From: Thermodesulfobacteriota bacterium
GTDB lineage: Bacteria > Desulfobacterota > BSN033 > UBA1163
Length of the DNA: 64,000 bases
Reading direction: 5' to 3'
Assembly: GCA_026415035.1 (NCBI GenBank)
Contig: JAOAHX010000014.1
Location: forward strand, 11-64,010
Shown piece by piece: positions 28,003 to 36,680 of the stretch (positions within the stretch are counted from its first letter, which is position 1; each line of letters opens with the position of its first letter). Position numbers and translations under genes: made by a program. The notes under the pieces are model-generated. The model made no database searches. It was not told where the DNA came from and was given only the letters and a program-made list of their open reading frames with translations.

Positions 28003-30342
28003 GTGGTGGAGGGGATCGGCCATGGCCAAAACGGGGGGAGAAAGGTCTTTTTCGTGGGGACTTACCCTCCACGGAATTGCGGCATTGCCACCTTCACCCA
28101 TGATCTCTCCCATGCCTTGAGCGGGGTCAACGGAAAGGTTTCCTACCGGGTCGCCGCCATCACCAACATTCCCGAGGGGTATGATTATCCCGAGGAAGTC
28201 TCCTTCGAGATCCACCAGAACCAGATTCACGACTACCGGCTGGCCGCGGACTACGTGAACTTCTCCGGGGCCGATATCGTCTGTCTCCAGCATGAATTCG
28301 GAATTTTTGGCGGGGCCGCGGGGACCTATATCAACCACTTCCTCTCCAATCTGAAGAAGCCCGTGGTCACCACCCTCCACACCGTCCTCAAGGAGCCAAA
28401 CGAGACCTTTCGACAGGCCCTTCTTTCGATCGCCGAGCTTTCTCTCGGGCTGGTGGTGATGAGCCGACAGGCCATCCAGCTCCTCACGGAGGTCTACGGA
28501 ATCGAACGGGACAAGATCTTTTTTATCCATCACGGGATTCCGGATACTCCCTTCGTGGATCCTAATTTTTATAAAGATCGGTTTCAGGTCGAAGGCCGGT
28601 TCGTCCTGCTGACCTTCGGTCTCCTCAACCCGAACAAAGGGATCGAGTTGGTCCTGGAGGCCCTTCCCCTGGTCGCGGAAAAGTATCCGAAGGTGGCCTA
28701 TATCATCCTCGGAGCGACCCATCCCGAAGTGAAACGCCTCCGGGGAGAGGAGTACCGGCTTTCGCTTCAGCGGAAGGTGACCAAATTGGGGCTCGAATCC
28801 CATGTCTTCTTCTACAACCGGTTCGTTGACCTTCAGGAACTTTGCGAGTTCATCGGGGCTTGTGATCTCTACATCACCCCCTATCGCTCCAGAGAGCAGA
28901 TCACGAGCGGGACCCTCGCCTATGCCCTGGGGATGGGCAAACCCGTCATCTCCACCCCCTACTGGTATGCGCAGGAGATGCTGGCCGAGGAGCGGGGGAT
29001 CTTGGTCGATTTCGGGGATGTGGAGGGAATGGCCAATGCGATCCTCGAGATGATCGAGAACGAACCGAAGCGCCACCAGATGCGGAAGCGGGCTTATGAA
29101 TTCGGGAGGACCATGGTCTGGAGGGAAGTGGGAAAGGAGTACCTGAGGGTCTTCGAGACGGTCCTCAGCCGGGTCCATAAGATTCCGACGAGGAGGGCCT
29201 TCGAGCAGACCTTCACGCAGCAGGACGCCCTTCCGGAGGTGACCCTCGACCACCTCTGCCGTCTAACGGACGATACTGGCCTGATTCAACATGCCACCTA
29301 TGGCATTCCTGACCGTCGCCACGGCTATTCGACCGACGATGCGGGGAGGGCCCTGGTCGTGGTCCTCCAGTTTTATGACCAGTACAGGGAGCAACGGGCT
29401 CTCGAGTTGGCCGAGCGCTATCTCTCGTTCCTCGCCTATGCCCAGCGGGAGGACGGAAGGTTCCATGGGTTCATGGACTATCAGCGGAAATTTATAGACG
29501 AGGTCGGCAGCGAGGACACCCAGGGAAGGGCCCTTTGGGGATTGGGGTGTGCCGTGAGCCTTGGGCCCCATGATCCTTTTCGAGCCCTTGCCAAAGAGCT
29601 CTTCGAGAGGGCGATTCAGAACCTCCATCTGAACCATCCCCGATCCCTGGCCTATGCCATCTTTGGGTTCTGGTATTTTCTCCAGAGGTACGAGGGAGCG
29701 ACCGCCATCCGACGAGGGTTGATCGCCTTTTCCGACCGACTCGTCGAGGCCTACGAGGCGAACCGTGAGAAGGATTGGCGATGGTTTCATGGCGCTCTCA
29801 CCTATGGGAATGCGAAGATCCCCCAGGCGCTGCTTCTGGCCTATCATCTGACAGGCACGGCCCGATACCGGGAGGTGGGGCTCGAAAGCCTCGATTTTCT
29901 GACCCAGGAGCTCTTCAACGGAGATTATTTCGACCTTGTGGGCAACTCAAGGTGGTACGAACGGGGACACCCGAAGGCGACCTTCAGCCAACAGCCGATC
30001 GATGCCGGTTACCTGACCGAGGCCTATGCGACCGCCTACCGGCTGACCCAGAAAGAAGAGTACCTGAGACTGGCTCAGGCGGCCTTCGAGTGGTTTCTCG
30101 GAAGAAACCGGCTTGGCCTCTCCCTTTACGATTTTTCGAGGGGGGCCTGTTTCGATGGGATCGATCCCCATGGCATCAATCAAAACCAGGGTGCGGAGTC
30201 GATCATCTGCTTCCTCCTCGCCAATCTGGCCCTTTCTCAGAAAGGGATGCTTCGAACCTTGATCAAACGCCCCTTTGGTCTCGATTCCGGTTTAAGTCTC
30301 CACCTTCCCTCCTCCGAACAGGCCGGTGAGAGGGGAGGATGA
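28003..30342 (+). CDS. Fusion protein: N-terminal GT4 glycosyltransferase + C-terminal alpha-helical six-hairpin-glycosidase-like domain
   Basis: GTG start after GGAGGAGGGAGAG; N-half has GT4/GT-B features (GTYPPRNCGIATFT, EGFGL-like GLLNPNKGIE, YITPYRSREQITSGTLAYALGMGKPVISTP); C-half ~370 aa helical, Trp/Tyr-rich (WGLGCA, FGFWYF, YGNAKIPQALL). Confidence 0.75.
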   Translation: MVEGIGHGQNGGRKVFFVGTYPPRNCGIATFTHDLSHALSGVNGKVSYRVAAITNIPEGYDYPEEVSFEIHQNQIHDYRLAADYVNFSGADIVCLQHEFGIFGGAAGTYINHFLSNLKKPVVTTLHTVLKEPNETFRQALLSIAELSLGLVVMSRQAIQLLTEVYGIERDKIFFIHHGIPDTPFVDPNFYKDRFQVEGRFVLLTFGLLNPNKGIELVLEALPLVAEKYPKVAYIILGATHPEVKRLRGEEYRLSLQRKVTKLGLESHVFFYNRFVDLQELCEFIGACDLYITPYRSREQITSGTLAYALGMGKPVISTPYWYAQEMLAEERGILVDFGDVEGMANAILEMIENEPKRHQMRKRAYEFGRTMVWREVGKEYLRVFETVLSRVHKIPTRRAFEQTFTQQDALPEVTLDHLCRLTDDTGLIQHATYGIPDRRHGYSTDDAGRALVVVLQFYDQYREQRALELAERYLSFLAYAQREDGRFHGFMDYQRKFIDEVGSEDTQGRALWGLGCAVSLGPHDPFRALAKELFERAIQNLHLNHPRSLAYAIFGFWYFLQRYEGATAIRRGLIAFSDRLVEAYEANREKDWRWFHGALTYGNAKIPQALLLAYHLTGTARYREVGLESLDFLTQELFNGDYFDLVGNSRWYERGHPKATFSQQPIDAGYLTEAYATAYRLTQKEEYLRLAQAAFEWFLGRNRLGLSLYDFSRGACFDGIDPHGINQNQGAESIICFLLANLALSQKGMLRTLIKRPFGLDSGLSLHLPSSEQAGERGG

Positions 30343-30397
30343 GGGGTCTTGTGGGGGGAATCCGTGGGATTCGACGGCTCGTCAGAGGTGAGAAGGC

Positions 30398-31384
30398 ATG
30401 TCCCGAACGGATCGAAACCGATATCCAAGTCTCTTTAAACGCCATCCAGGCAATCCCATTCTCGAAGCCTCCATGTGGCCCTACCCGACGAACTCCGTCT
30501 TCAACGCAGGGGTGGCCGACCTCGGAGACGAGACCCTGTTGCTCGTGAGGGTAGAGGACCGTCGCGGTTTTTCCCATCTGACCGTGGCGAGGAGCCGAAA
30601 CGGGGTGGATGGTTGGGTGATCGATCCCAAACCGACGCTCGAGCCGGACCCGGAGGGCCACCCGGAGGAGGTCTGGGGGATCGAAGATCCCCGAATCGTC
30701 TACCTTGTAGAACGAGGGGAGTGGGCGATAACCTACACGGCCTATTCGATCGGGGGACCGCTGGTCTCCCTGGCGACCACAAAAGATTTTAGGAGCTTCC
30801 AACGATGGGGACCGGTCATGCCCCCCGAGGACAAGGACGCGGCTCTCTTTCCGAGGCGGTTCGGAGAGCGCTGGGTTATGCTTCATCGCCCCGTGCCCGT
30901 CTCCCAGCTCGGCGCCCATATCTGGATCTCTTATTCCCCCGACCTGAAGCACTGGGGAGACCATCGGATCCTCATCGAATCGAGAAGGGGGGGCTGGTGG
31001 GATTCCTTCAAGATCGGTTTAGGACCGCCGCCCCTTGAGACCCCGGAGGGATGGCTCGTCCTCTACCACGGGGTGAGGCAGACGGCTGCAGGCTGTATTT
31101 ATCGTCTGGGCCTGGCCCTCCTGGACCTCCAAGACCCCTCACGGGTGTTGAGAAGGAGCGACGAGTGGGTCTTCGGTCCAGAGGAATCCTACGAACGGTC
31201 TGGCGATGTAGCGGATGTGGTCTTTCCCTGTGGTTGGGTCTTGGACAAAGACGGAAAGATTCGGCTCTACTATGGAGCGGCCGACACCTGCATGGCCCTG
31301 GCCATCGGAGAGCTCGACCCGATTCTCAATTATCTCCTGAGCTGTCCGGTTCCCGGCCCCCAACCCCTTCAGTGTTTCCGTTGA
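30398..31384 (+). CDS. GH130-family glycoside phosphorylase/hydrolase (beta-mannoside phosphorylase-like)
   Basis: NPIL start region, NAGVADLGDETLLLVRVED, WGIEDPRIV, beta-propeller repeat pattern typical of GH130/DUF377. Confidence 0.85.
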   Translation: MSRTDRNRYPSLFKRHPGNPILEASMWPYPTNSVFNAGVADLGDETLLLVRVEDRRGFSHLTVARSRNGVDGWVIDPKPTLEPDPEGHPEEVWGIEDPRIVYLVERGEWAITYTAYSIGGPLVSLATTKDFRSFQRWGPVMPPEDKDAALFPRRFGERWVMLHRPVPVSQLGAHIWISYSPDLKHWGDHRILIESRRGGWWDSFKIGLGPPPLETPEGWLVLYHGVRQTAAGCIYRLGLALLDLQDPSRVLRRSDEWVFGPEESYERSGDVADVVFPCGWVLDKDGKIRLYYGAADTCMALAIGELDPILNYLLSCPVPGPQPLQCFR

Positions 31385-31400
31385 TGGAGGGGGGCAGAAG

Positions 31401-32825
31401 ATGAAGGTCGCCATGCTCAGCCCGATCGCATGGAGAACCCCTCCCAGGCATTACGGGCCGTGGGAGTGGGTGGTCTTTCTGCTCACCGAGGGGTTGGTGA
31501 GGCGAGGTGTCGATGTGACCCTTTTCGCCACGAAGGATTCGATCACCTCGGCCAAATTGGAAGCCCTCTGTCCGAGGCCCTACGAGGAGGATCCGAACCT
31601 CGATCCGAAGGTATGGGAGGGTCTCCATATCGCCCACCTTTTCGAGAAGGCCGAGCAGTTCGATTTGATCCATAACCATGACGACTTCCTCCCCCTCAAC
31701 TGGAGCGGTCTGGTGGGCACGCCCGTTCTCACGACGATCCACGGGTTTTCGAGTCCGAAGATCCTTCCGGCCTACCGTCGGTACAACGGAAAGGTCTATT
31801 ACGTCTCGATCAGCGAGGCCGATCGAGAGGAGGGGCTCGAATACCTGGCCACGATCCACCACGGGATCCCTGTGGAGCAGTACCGGTTTAATCCCGAGCC
31901 AGGTGGCTACCTCCTTTTCTTTGGACGGATTCACCCGGAGAAGGGAACCCACGAGGCCATCGAGCTGGCGAGAAGGGCAGGGATGAGGCTGATCATCGCC
32001 GGCATTATTCAAGACCGAAGCTACTTCGAAAGGGAGGTTCGACCCCATCTCGATTCGATGATCCAGTACATCGGCCCGGTCGGGGGGGAAAGGAAGAGCG
32101 AGATCCTGGGCGGGGCCTATGCATTGCTCCACCTGATTCGTTTTAGAGAACCTTTCGGCCTCAGCCTCATCGAGGCGATGGCCTGCGGAACGCCCGTGAT
32201 CGCCAGGGGCCTTGGAGCGATTCCTGAAATCGTCCAGCCAGGCCGAAACGGGTGGATCGTGGATGGTCCGGAGGAGGCCGTTGAAGCGCTGGAGAAGGTG
32301 AGGAAGATCGACCGTTCCGAATGCAGAAGGAGCGTGGAGGAGCGATTCACCCAGGATCGGATGGTCGAGGACTACCTTCGGGTCTACCGTCAGATCCTCG
32401 ATCGGCATAAAAGGGAGGAGAAGAGGCCCTGGGGAGGCTATCAGGTCCTTCGATCGGAGGCCTCCTTCAAGGTGAAGAAGATCTGGGTCGATCCCCATCA
32501 GCGGCTCAGTTATCAGAGGCATCTCCATCGGAAGGAACACTGGGTCGTGATCGAAGGAAAGGCCCTGGTCCTCCTGGAGGGGAAGGAGATCTCCCTTGGC
32601 CCGGGAGATTCGATCGATATCCCTCAGGGGGCGGCCCATCGGATCGGCAATATCGGCGAGGGACCTCTGGTCTTCATCGAGATCCAGAGAGGAGATCTGC
32701 TGGCAGAGGAGGACGTCATCCGCCTTGAGGACGATTATGGGAGAAGCGATTCGAAAGGAGGCGGGGAACCATGGAGGATGGCTTCACCCTCGGAGTCAAT
32801 TACTGGCCGATCGAGTCGGCCATGA
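31401..32825 (+). CDS. Fusion protein: GT4 glycosyltransferase + C-terminal mannose-6-phosphate-isomerase-type (ManC/XanB C-terminal) cupin domain
   Basis: GT4 motifs (HNHDDFLP, EPFGLSLIEAMACGTPVIA); C-terminal KEHWVVIEGKALV...IPQGAAHRIGNIGEGPLVFIEIQRGDLLAEEDVIRLEDDYGR matches the PMI type II cupin signature. Confidence 0.8.
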   Translation: MKVAMLSPIAWRTPPRHYGPWEWVVFLLTEGLVRRGVDVTLFATKDSITSAKLEALCPRPYEEDPNLDPKVWEGLHIAHLFEKAEQFDLIHNHDDFLPLNWSGLVGTPVLTTIHGFSSPKILPAYRRYNGKVYYVSISEADREEGLEYLATIHHGIPVEQYRFNPEPGGYLLFFGRIHPEKGTHEAIELARRAGMRLIIAGIIQDRSYFEREVRPHLDSMIQYIGPVGGERKSEILGGAYALLHLIRFREPFGLSLIEAMACGTPVIARGLGAIPEIVQPGRNGWIVDGPEEAVEALEKVRKIDRSECRRSVEERFTQDRMVEDYLRVYRQILDRHKREEKRPWGGYQVLRSEASFKVKKIWVDPHQRLSYQRHLHRKEHWVVIEGKALVLLEGKEISLGPGDSIDIPQGAAHRIGNIGEGPLVFIEIQRGDLLAEEDVIRLEDDYGRSDSKGGGEPWRMASPSESITGRSSRP

Positions 32826-33973
32826 GCTGGTGGCATCGCTTCGATCCCGGAGTGGTGGGAGAGGACTTCTCCCGGATAGGAGAGGTCGGCCTGAAGGCCG
32901 TGAGGATATTCCTCCTGTGGGAGGATTTCCAACCCGATCCGAAGAAGGTTCGGTCGGATCGTTTGAAAGAGCTGATCAGGGTGATGGACCTGGCTCACGA
33001 GCGAGGGCTGCGGGTCCTTCTTACCCTTTTTACCGGCCATATGAGCGGGATGAACTACCTACCTCCCTGGATGGTGGAGGTGAAGGAGGAACCGGAGAGC
33101 CGTTTCTATGTTTATTCGGGCGGAAGGAGGAGGAAGAACAAGATCCGGAATTTCTATGCAGATCGGGAGGCGAGGGAGGCCCAAAAATTTCTTCTCCGGG
33201 AGGTGGCGGGAGCCCTTCAGGGCCATCCGGGGATCTGGGCCTGGGACCTCGGAAACGAACCGTCCAACGTGACCCAACCCCCAACCAGGTCTGACGCCTT
33301 GGTCTGGCTCGAAGAGATGGTCTCGGAGCTGAAGAAAAGGGACGAATCGATTCCGGTGACCCTGGGTCTCCATCAGGAGGATTTGGAGGAGGACCGAAGG
33401 ATGGGGCCAGCCGAGGTGGCCCGGTTTTGCGACTTTCTCTCCATCCATGCCTATTCGATCTATGCCCGTTGGGCGGAGGGGAGGCTGGACGAAGCCGTGG
33501 TCCCCTTTCTCGGCCTCCTCACCCGATGGCTCGGGGGAAAAGAGGTGCTGATCGAAGAGGTGGGGCTTGCGACCTCGAATGCGGTCCGCGGGGAATGGAT
33601 CGTCACGGAGGACGATGGCTTCGATTATTATAAACGCCTTCTGGAGAACGTCGGGACCTCTGGATTTCTCGGCATCCTCTTCTGGTGTTACGGGGATTAT
33701 GGTGAGGCGTTATGGAACATCCCTCCCTTCGACGAAAAGATACACGAGCGGTATTTCGGGCTCTTCCGGAAAGACCGATCTCCCAAGGCCTACGTCAAGC
33801 TCTTGAAGGAGTTTCAGGTGGAACCGGATCGAAGAAGACCGGTTTTGTCCAGCTGGATCGATATCGAACCGCAAGAGTATTATCGAAATCCGATGGCCCA
33901 CCTCGAGCGGCTCTTTGGGAGATTTAAAGGGCAGGGCCGCTCCCATGAACCTGTGGTTCCAAATGGGCGATGA
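32771..33973 (+). CDS. GH-A clan (GH5/GH113-like) glycoside hydrolase, mannanase-like
   Basis: TIM-barrel pattern with GVNYWP strand 1, LGNEPSN acid/base motif and EVLIEEVG nucleophile motif; 55-nt overlap with upstream gene (alternative ATG 32822 gives ATGA overlap but removes strand 1). Confidence 0.7.
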   Translation: MEDGFTLGVNYWPIESAMSWWHRFDPGVVGEDFSRIGEVGLKAVRIFLLWEDFQPDPKKVRSDRLKELIRVMDLAHERGLRVLLTLFTGHMSGMNYLPPWMVEVKEEPESRFYVYSGGRRRKNKIRNFYADREAREAQKFLLREVAGALQGHPGIWAWDLGNEPSNVTQPPTRSDALVWLEEMVSELKKRDESIPVTLGLHQEDLEEDRRMGPAEVARFCDFLSIHAYSIYARWAEGRLDEAVVPFLGLLTRWLGGKEVLIEEVGLATSNAVRGEWIVTEDDGFDYYKRLLENVGTSGFLGILFWCYGDYGEALWNIPPFDEKIHERYFGLFRKDRSPKAYVKLLKEFQVEPDRRRPVLSSWIDIEPQEYYRNPMAHLERLFGRFKGQGRSHEPVVPNGR

Positions 33974-34021
33974 CCCCTTCCATCCGAAGGGAGAAAAAAA
34001 CTCAAGGGAGGTGGAGAAAGG

Positions 34022-34306
34022 ATGAACGAGAGCCGAACGAACCCTTCCCCGGCAAAATGGCAGACCTGTGTTCGGACCATCAAATGCGATTTCATCGACG
34101 ACTATGTCTCCCTGATGGTGAAGAACGATTGGACCTCGCTCTGCACTTGGTATAGGCAATGGAAGGATCCGGAATCGAAAGGGGCCAAGGGATTAAAACC
34201 CAACAAAGAGACCCGCAAAAAGATCACCCTCTGCCAAGGGCCTGACTGTTCTTATGTCACGGGCTACCGGGACGAGTTGATGAAAGAGGAACGGAAGGCG
34301 GCTTAA
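34022..34306 (+). CDS. Small Cys-rich hypothetical protein (94 aa)
   Basis: 6 Cys (CVRTIKCD...C...CQGPDC); no family recognised. Confidence 0.35.
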   Translation: MNESRTNPSPAKWQTCVRTIKCDFIDDYVSLMVKNDWTSLCTWYRQWKDPESKGAKGLKPNKETRKKITLCQGPDCSYVTGYRDELMKEERKAA

Positions 34307-34318
34307 GGGAGAGGGCCT

Positions 34319-34762
34319 TCAGCCCTTTCGGTCGCAGCCGAGATATTTAAAGAGGCCGGTGACGAAATTTCCCCAGGTGGGGAGGAGACGGTCGATCTCA
34401 TAGGGGATCAGTTTGACCTTTCCCTCGTGGAGGAGGCTGTGGATCTCCTCTAACTTCGTGAAGCTCAAGGGCCAGGTCTTCTTCCCGAGCTCACAGATCA
34501 TGTGGATGTTCTTGGTCTTCTCATCGAGGTCGAGGATCCGGAGTCTCTTAAACCCATCCCCGGCGAAGAACTGTATCTTCTGATCCTTCATCTCCACCAG
34601 CTTCTCCCAACCGAAGACGCATCCCTCGGAGGAGGGTGCCCCTCTGGAGGGAGCAGCCGCCTCTCGTTTGGCCGTCTTTTTTGCCGCCCCTTGCCTGGCC
34701 CTATCCCTGGGGAAAGGGTTCTTTTTAGAAAGAGACTCCTTTTCGACCTTCTCCGAGCCCAT
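34319..34762 (-). CDS. Hypothetical protein with basic disordered N-terminus and ~100-aa C-terminal domain
   Basis: 147 aa; N-terminal K/R/A-rich tract, then globular-looking domain; no family recognised. Confidence 0.4.
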   Translation of the reverse strand: MGSEKVEKESLSKKNPFPRDRARQGAAKKTAKREAAAPSRGAPSSEGCVFGWEKLVEMKDQKIQFFAGDGFKRLRILDLDEKTKNIHMICELGKKTWPLSFTKLEEIHSLLHEGKVKLIPYEIDRLLPTWGNFVTGLFKYLGCDRKG

Positions 34763-34897
34763 GTCGTTTTCCCCTTTAAAAAGGTACTAAAAATGTGGGG
34801 CAGTGTCAAGGTGAGGAGGCCACTGAGCGGGTTCCGATTGACTTTGGTCAAGGGATTCATTATAAGCTTAGACCAAGAAGGAGGGAGGTGACAGGCG

Positions 34898-35470
34898 ATG
34901 AAGATCTTGGGGATTCTCGGAAGTCCAAGGCGGAAAGGGAACAGCGACCTCCTGCTCGATCAGGCCCTCGCCGGGGCGAAAGAGATGGGAGCCAAGGTGG
35001 AGAAGATCGCCCTAAGCCGCAAAAAGATTGCAGGATGTTTGGACTGCACGAAATGCAACAAGACGGGCCTCTGCGTGATCCAGGACGACATGCTCGAGAT
35101 CCATCAAAAGATCCTCAAGGCGGACGGCCTCATCCACAGCGTCCCGCTCTATTTCTGGGCCATGACCTCGCAGATGAAGGCCTATTTGGACCGGTGGTGC
35201 GCCTTCTTCGATGAAAACTGGAACTGGCACAAGGCGTATGAACCGAAGATGAAGGGGAAACGGATCGGCCTGATCACCGTCTGCGGCGACCCCGATCCCC
35301 ATACGGCCGACCCAATCGTCCACAGCTTCAGGGAGACCTGTAAATTCTCCGGCCTTCATCTCTTTCCCGTGGTCCAGGTCTCGGCCGCGGTCAAGGGAGA
35401 GGTGGCGAAGAACGAGAAGGCGAAGAGAGAGGCCTTTCTCTTGGGGCAGAAGATCGCCACCCCTTCATGA
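34898..35470 (+). CDS. Iron-sulfur flavoprotein (Isf-like, NADPH-dependent FMN reductase fold)
   Basis: Flavodoxin-like start MKILGILGSPRRKGNS and compact CxxCxxCx5C motif (CLDCTKCNKTGLC) diagnostic of the Isf family. Confidence 0.75.
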   Translation: MKILGILGSPRRKGNSDLLLDQALAGAKEMGAKVEKIALSRKKIAGCLDCTKCNKTGLCVIQDDMLEIHQKILKADGLIHSVPLYFWAMTSQMKAYLDRWCAFFDENWNWHKAYEPKMKGKRIGLITVCGDPDPHTADPIVHSFRETCKFSGLHLFPVVQVSAAVKGEVAKNEKAKREAFLLGQKIATPS

Positions 35471-35483
35471 TTTACTGGGCGGG

Positions 35484-35696
35484 TTAGACTTGCGCCAAGG
35501 CCCTCTTCAGGCTCTGGTTGCACTGTTCGAGGTCCTGGAGGGCCTTTTCAATCTCCGCCTTAACCCCGTCTAACCCCAAAGCTTCTGCCCTTTCCGCCCA
35601 CTTTCGATATTCAGCCATATGGCTTTCGTTGTGCTCGATCCAATGGTCGAGCACGACCGACAGCTTCTTCTTCTCGTCCATGATTTCCCCCTCCAT
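35484..35696 (-). CDS. Small helical hypothetical protein (70 aa), co-transcribed with GMP-synthase ATP-PPase half
   Basis: 10-nt gap downstream of 35707..36651 gene; His/Glu-rich (HWIEHNESH); no family recognised. Confidence 0.4.
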   Translation of the reverse strand: MEGEIMDEKKKLSVVLDHWIEHNESHMAEYRKWAERAEALGLDGVKAEIEKALQDLEQCNQSLKRALAQV

Positions 35697-35706
35697 TCTT
35701 CTTCCG

Positions 35707-36651
35707 TCAGACGTACTCGATGGTCGCCGGAGGTTTGGGCGTCAGATCGTAAAGGCAACGATTCACATCCGGAAGGGCGGTGATCCGCTCGCAGATCCGT
35801 TTCAGCTTCTCCCAAGGCAGTTCGACAGGGGTGGCCGTCCTCGCATCGAGGCTATGAAGGCACCGGAGGACGATGATCTGACCGAACTGCCTTTTTCCCT
35901 CCACGATCCCCGTTGCCCTGTCATTTAAAAGGACGGCCAGATACTGAAAGGCGTCCATATCTCGGAGCTCTTCTTCGACGATGGCGGTGGCGGCGCGGAC
36001 CGTTCGAAGCCTCTCCTCGGTCACTTCGCCCACGATACGGGCGGCCAGGGCAGGCCCAGGAAAGGGCATTCTTCGGGTGATTTCGGGCGGAAGACCCAGA
36101 ACCTTTGCGACCTCCCTCACACCGTCCTTTCGCAACGTTTTGAGGGGTTCGATGACTTGATAACCGAACTCCTTTTCGGGATCGATCCCGATCTGGGCCA
36201 GGATGTTGTGCTGACGCTTGAGGCCCGCCACGGTCTCTTCGATGTCGGTCAGAATGGTGCCGTGGAGGAGAAATTTTGCCCCGGTCTCGTCGATTAACCT
36301 TCGGAAGACGGTGGCATAAAAGGTCCGGGTGATGGCCTCTCTTTTCTCTTCGGGATCGGTCAGGCCCTTCAGGGCCTCGAGGAATTCCCTCTTTGCGTCG
36401 ACGAGACGAACCGGAATCCCCATGCCGGCGAAGAGGTGGACCACCTGCTCGGCCTCTCCTTCTCGCATCAGGCCGTTTTCGATGAAGACGGTGATGAGCC
36501 GATGGCCCAAGGCCCTGTGGCCCAGGAGGGTTACCACGGAGCTATCGACGCCGCCGCTCAGGGCATTGAGGGCCAGTTGATCTCCGACGGTGTTTCGGAT
36601 CGCCTCGATCTGTTCTTGTACGAAGGCCTGGTAATTCATGGTCCCATCCAC
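35707..36651 (-). CDS. guaA: GMP synthase ATP-pyrophosphatase + dimerisation domains only (archaeal subunit-B-like, no glutamine amidotransferase domain)
   Basis: PP-loop ALSGGVDSSV, EAEQV, DPEEKR, EPLKTLRKDGVRE, PFPGPALAARIVGE, C-terminal YDLTPKPPATIEYV, all collinear with the C-terminal half of E. coli GuaA. Confidence 0.85.
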   Translation of the reverse strand: MDGTMNYQAFVQEQIEAIRNTVGDQLALNALSGGVDSSVVTLLGHRALGHRLITVFIENGLMREGEAEQVVHLFAGMGIPVRLVDAKREFLEALKGLTDPEEKREAITRTFYATVFRRLIDETGAKFLLHGTILTDIEETVAGLKRQHNILAQIGIDPEKEFGYQVIEPLKTLRKDGVREVAKVLGLPPEITRRMPFPGPALAARIVGEVTEERLRTVRAATAIVEEELRDMDAFQYLAVLLNDRATGIVEGKRQFGQIIVLRCLHSLDARTATPVELPWEKLKRICERITALPDVNRCLYDLTPKPPATIEYV

Positions 36652-36680
36652 GGATTTCTCCCTCCTCCCTCAGAAGATCT

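Noticed and set aside
27856-29253. 465-aa minus-strand ORF opposite the GT4-fusion gene
   Set aside because: Antisense artefact; the plus-strand frame has clear GT4 motifs and a strong RBS.
31326-32639. 437-aa minus-strand ORF opposite the GT4-cupin gene
   Set aside because: Antisense artefact of high-GC coding sequence; low-complexity G/R/P-rich product.
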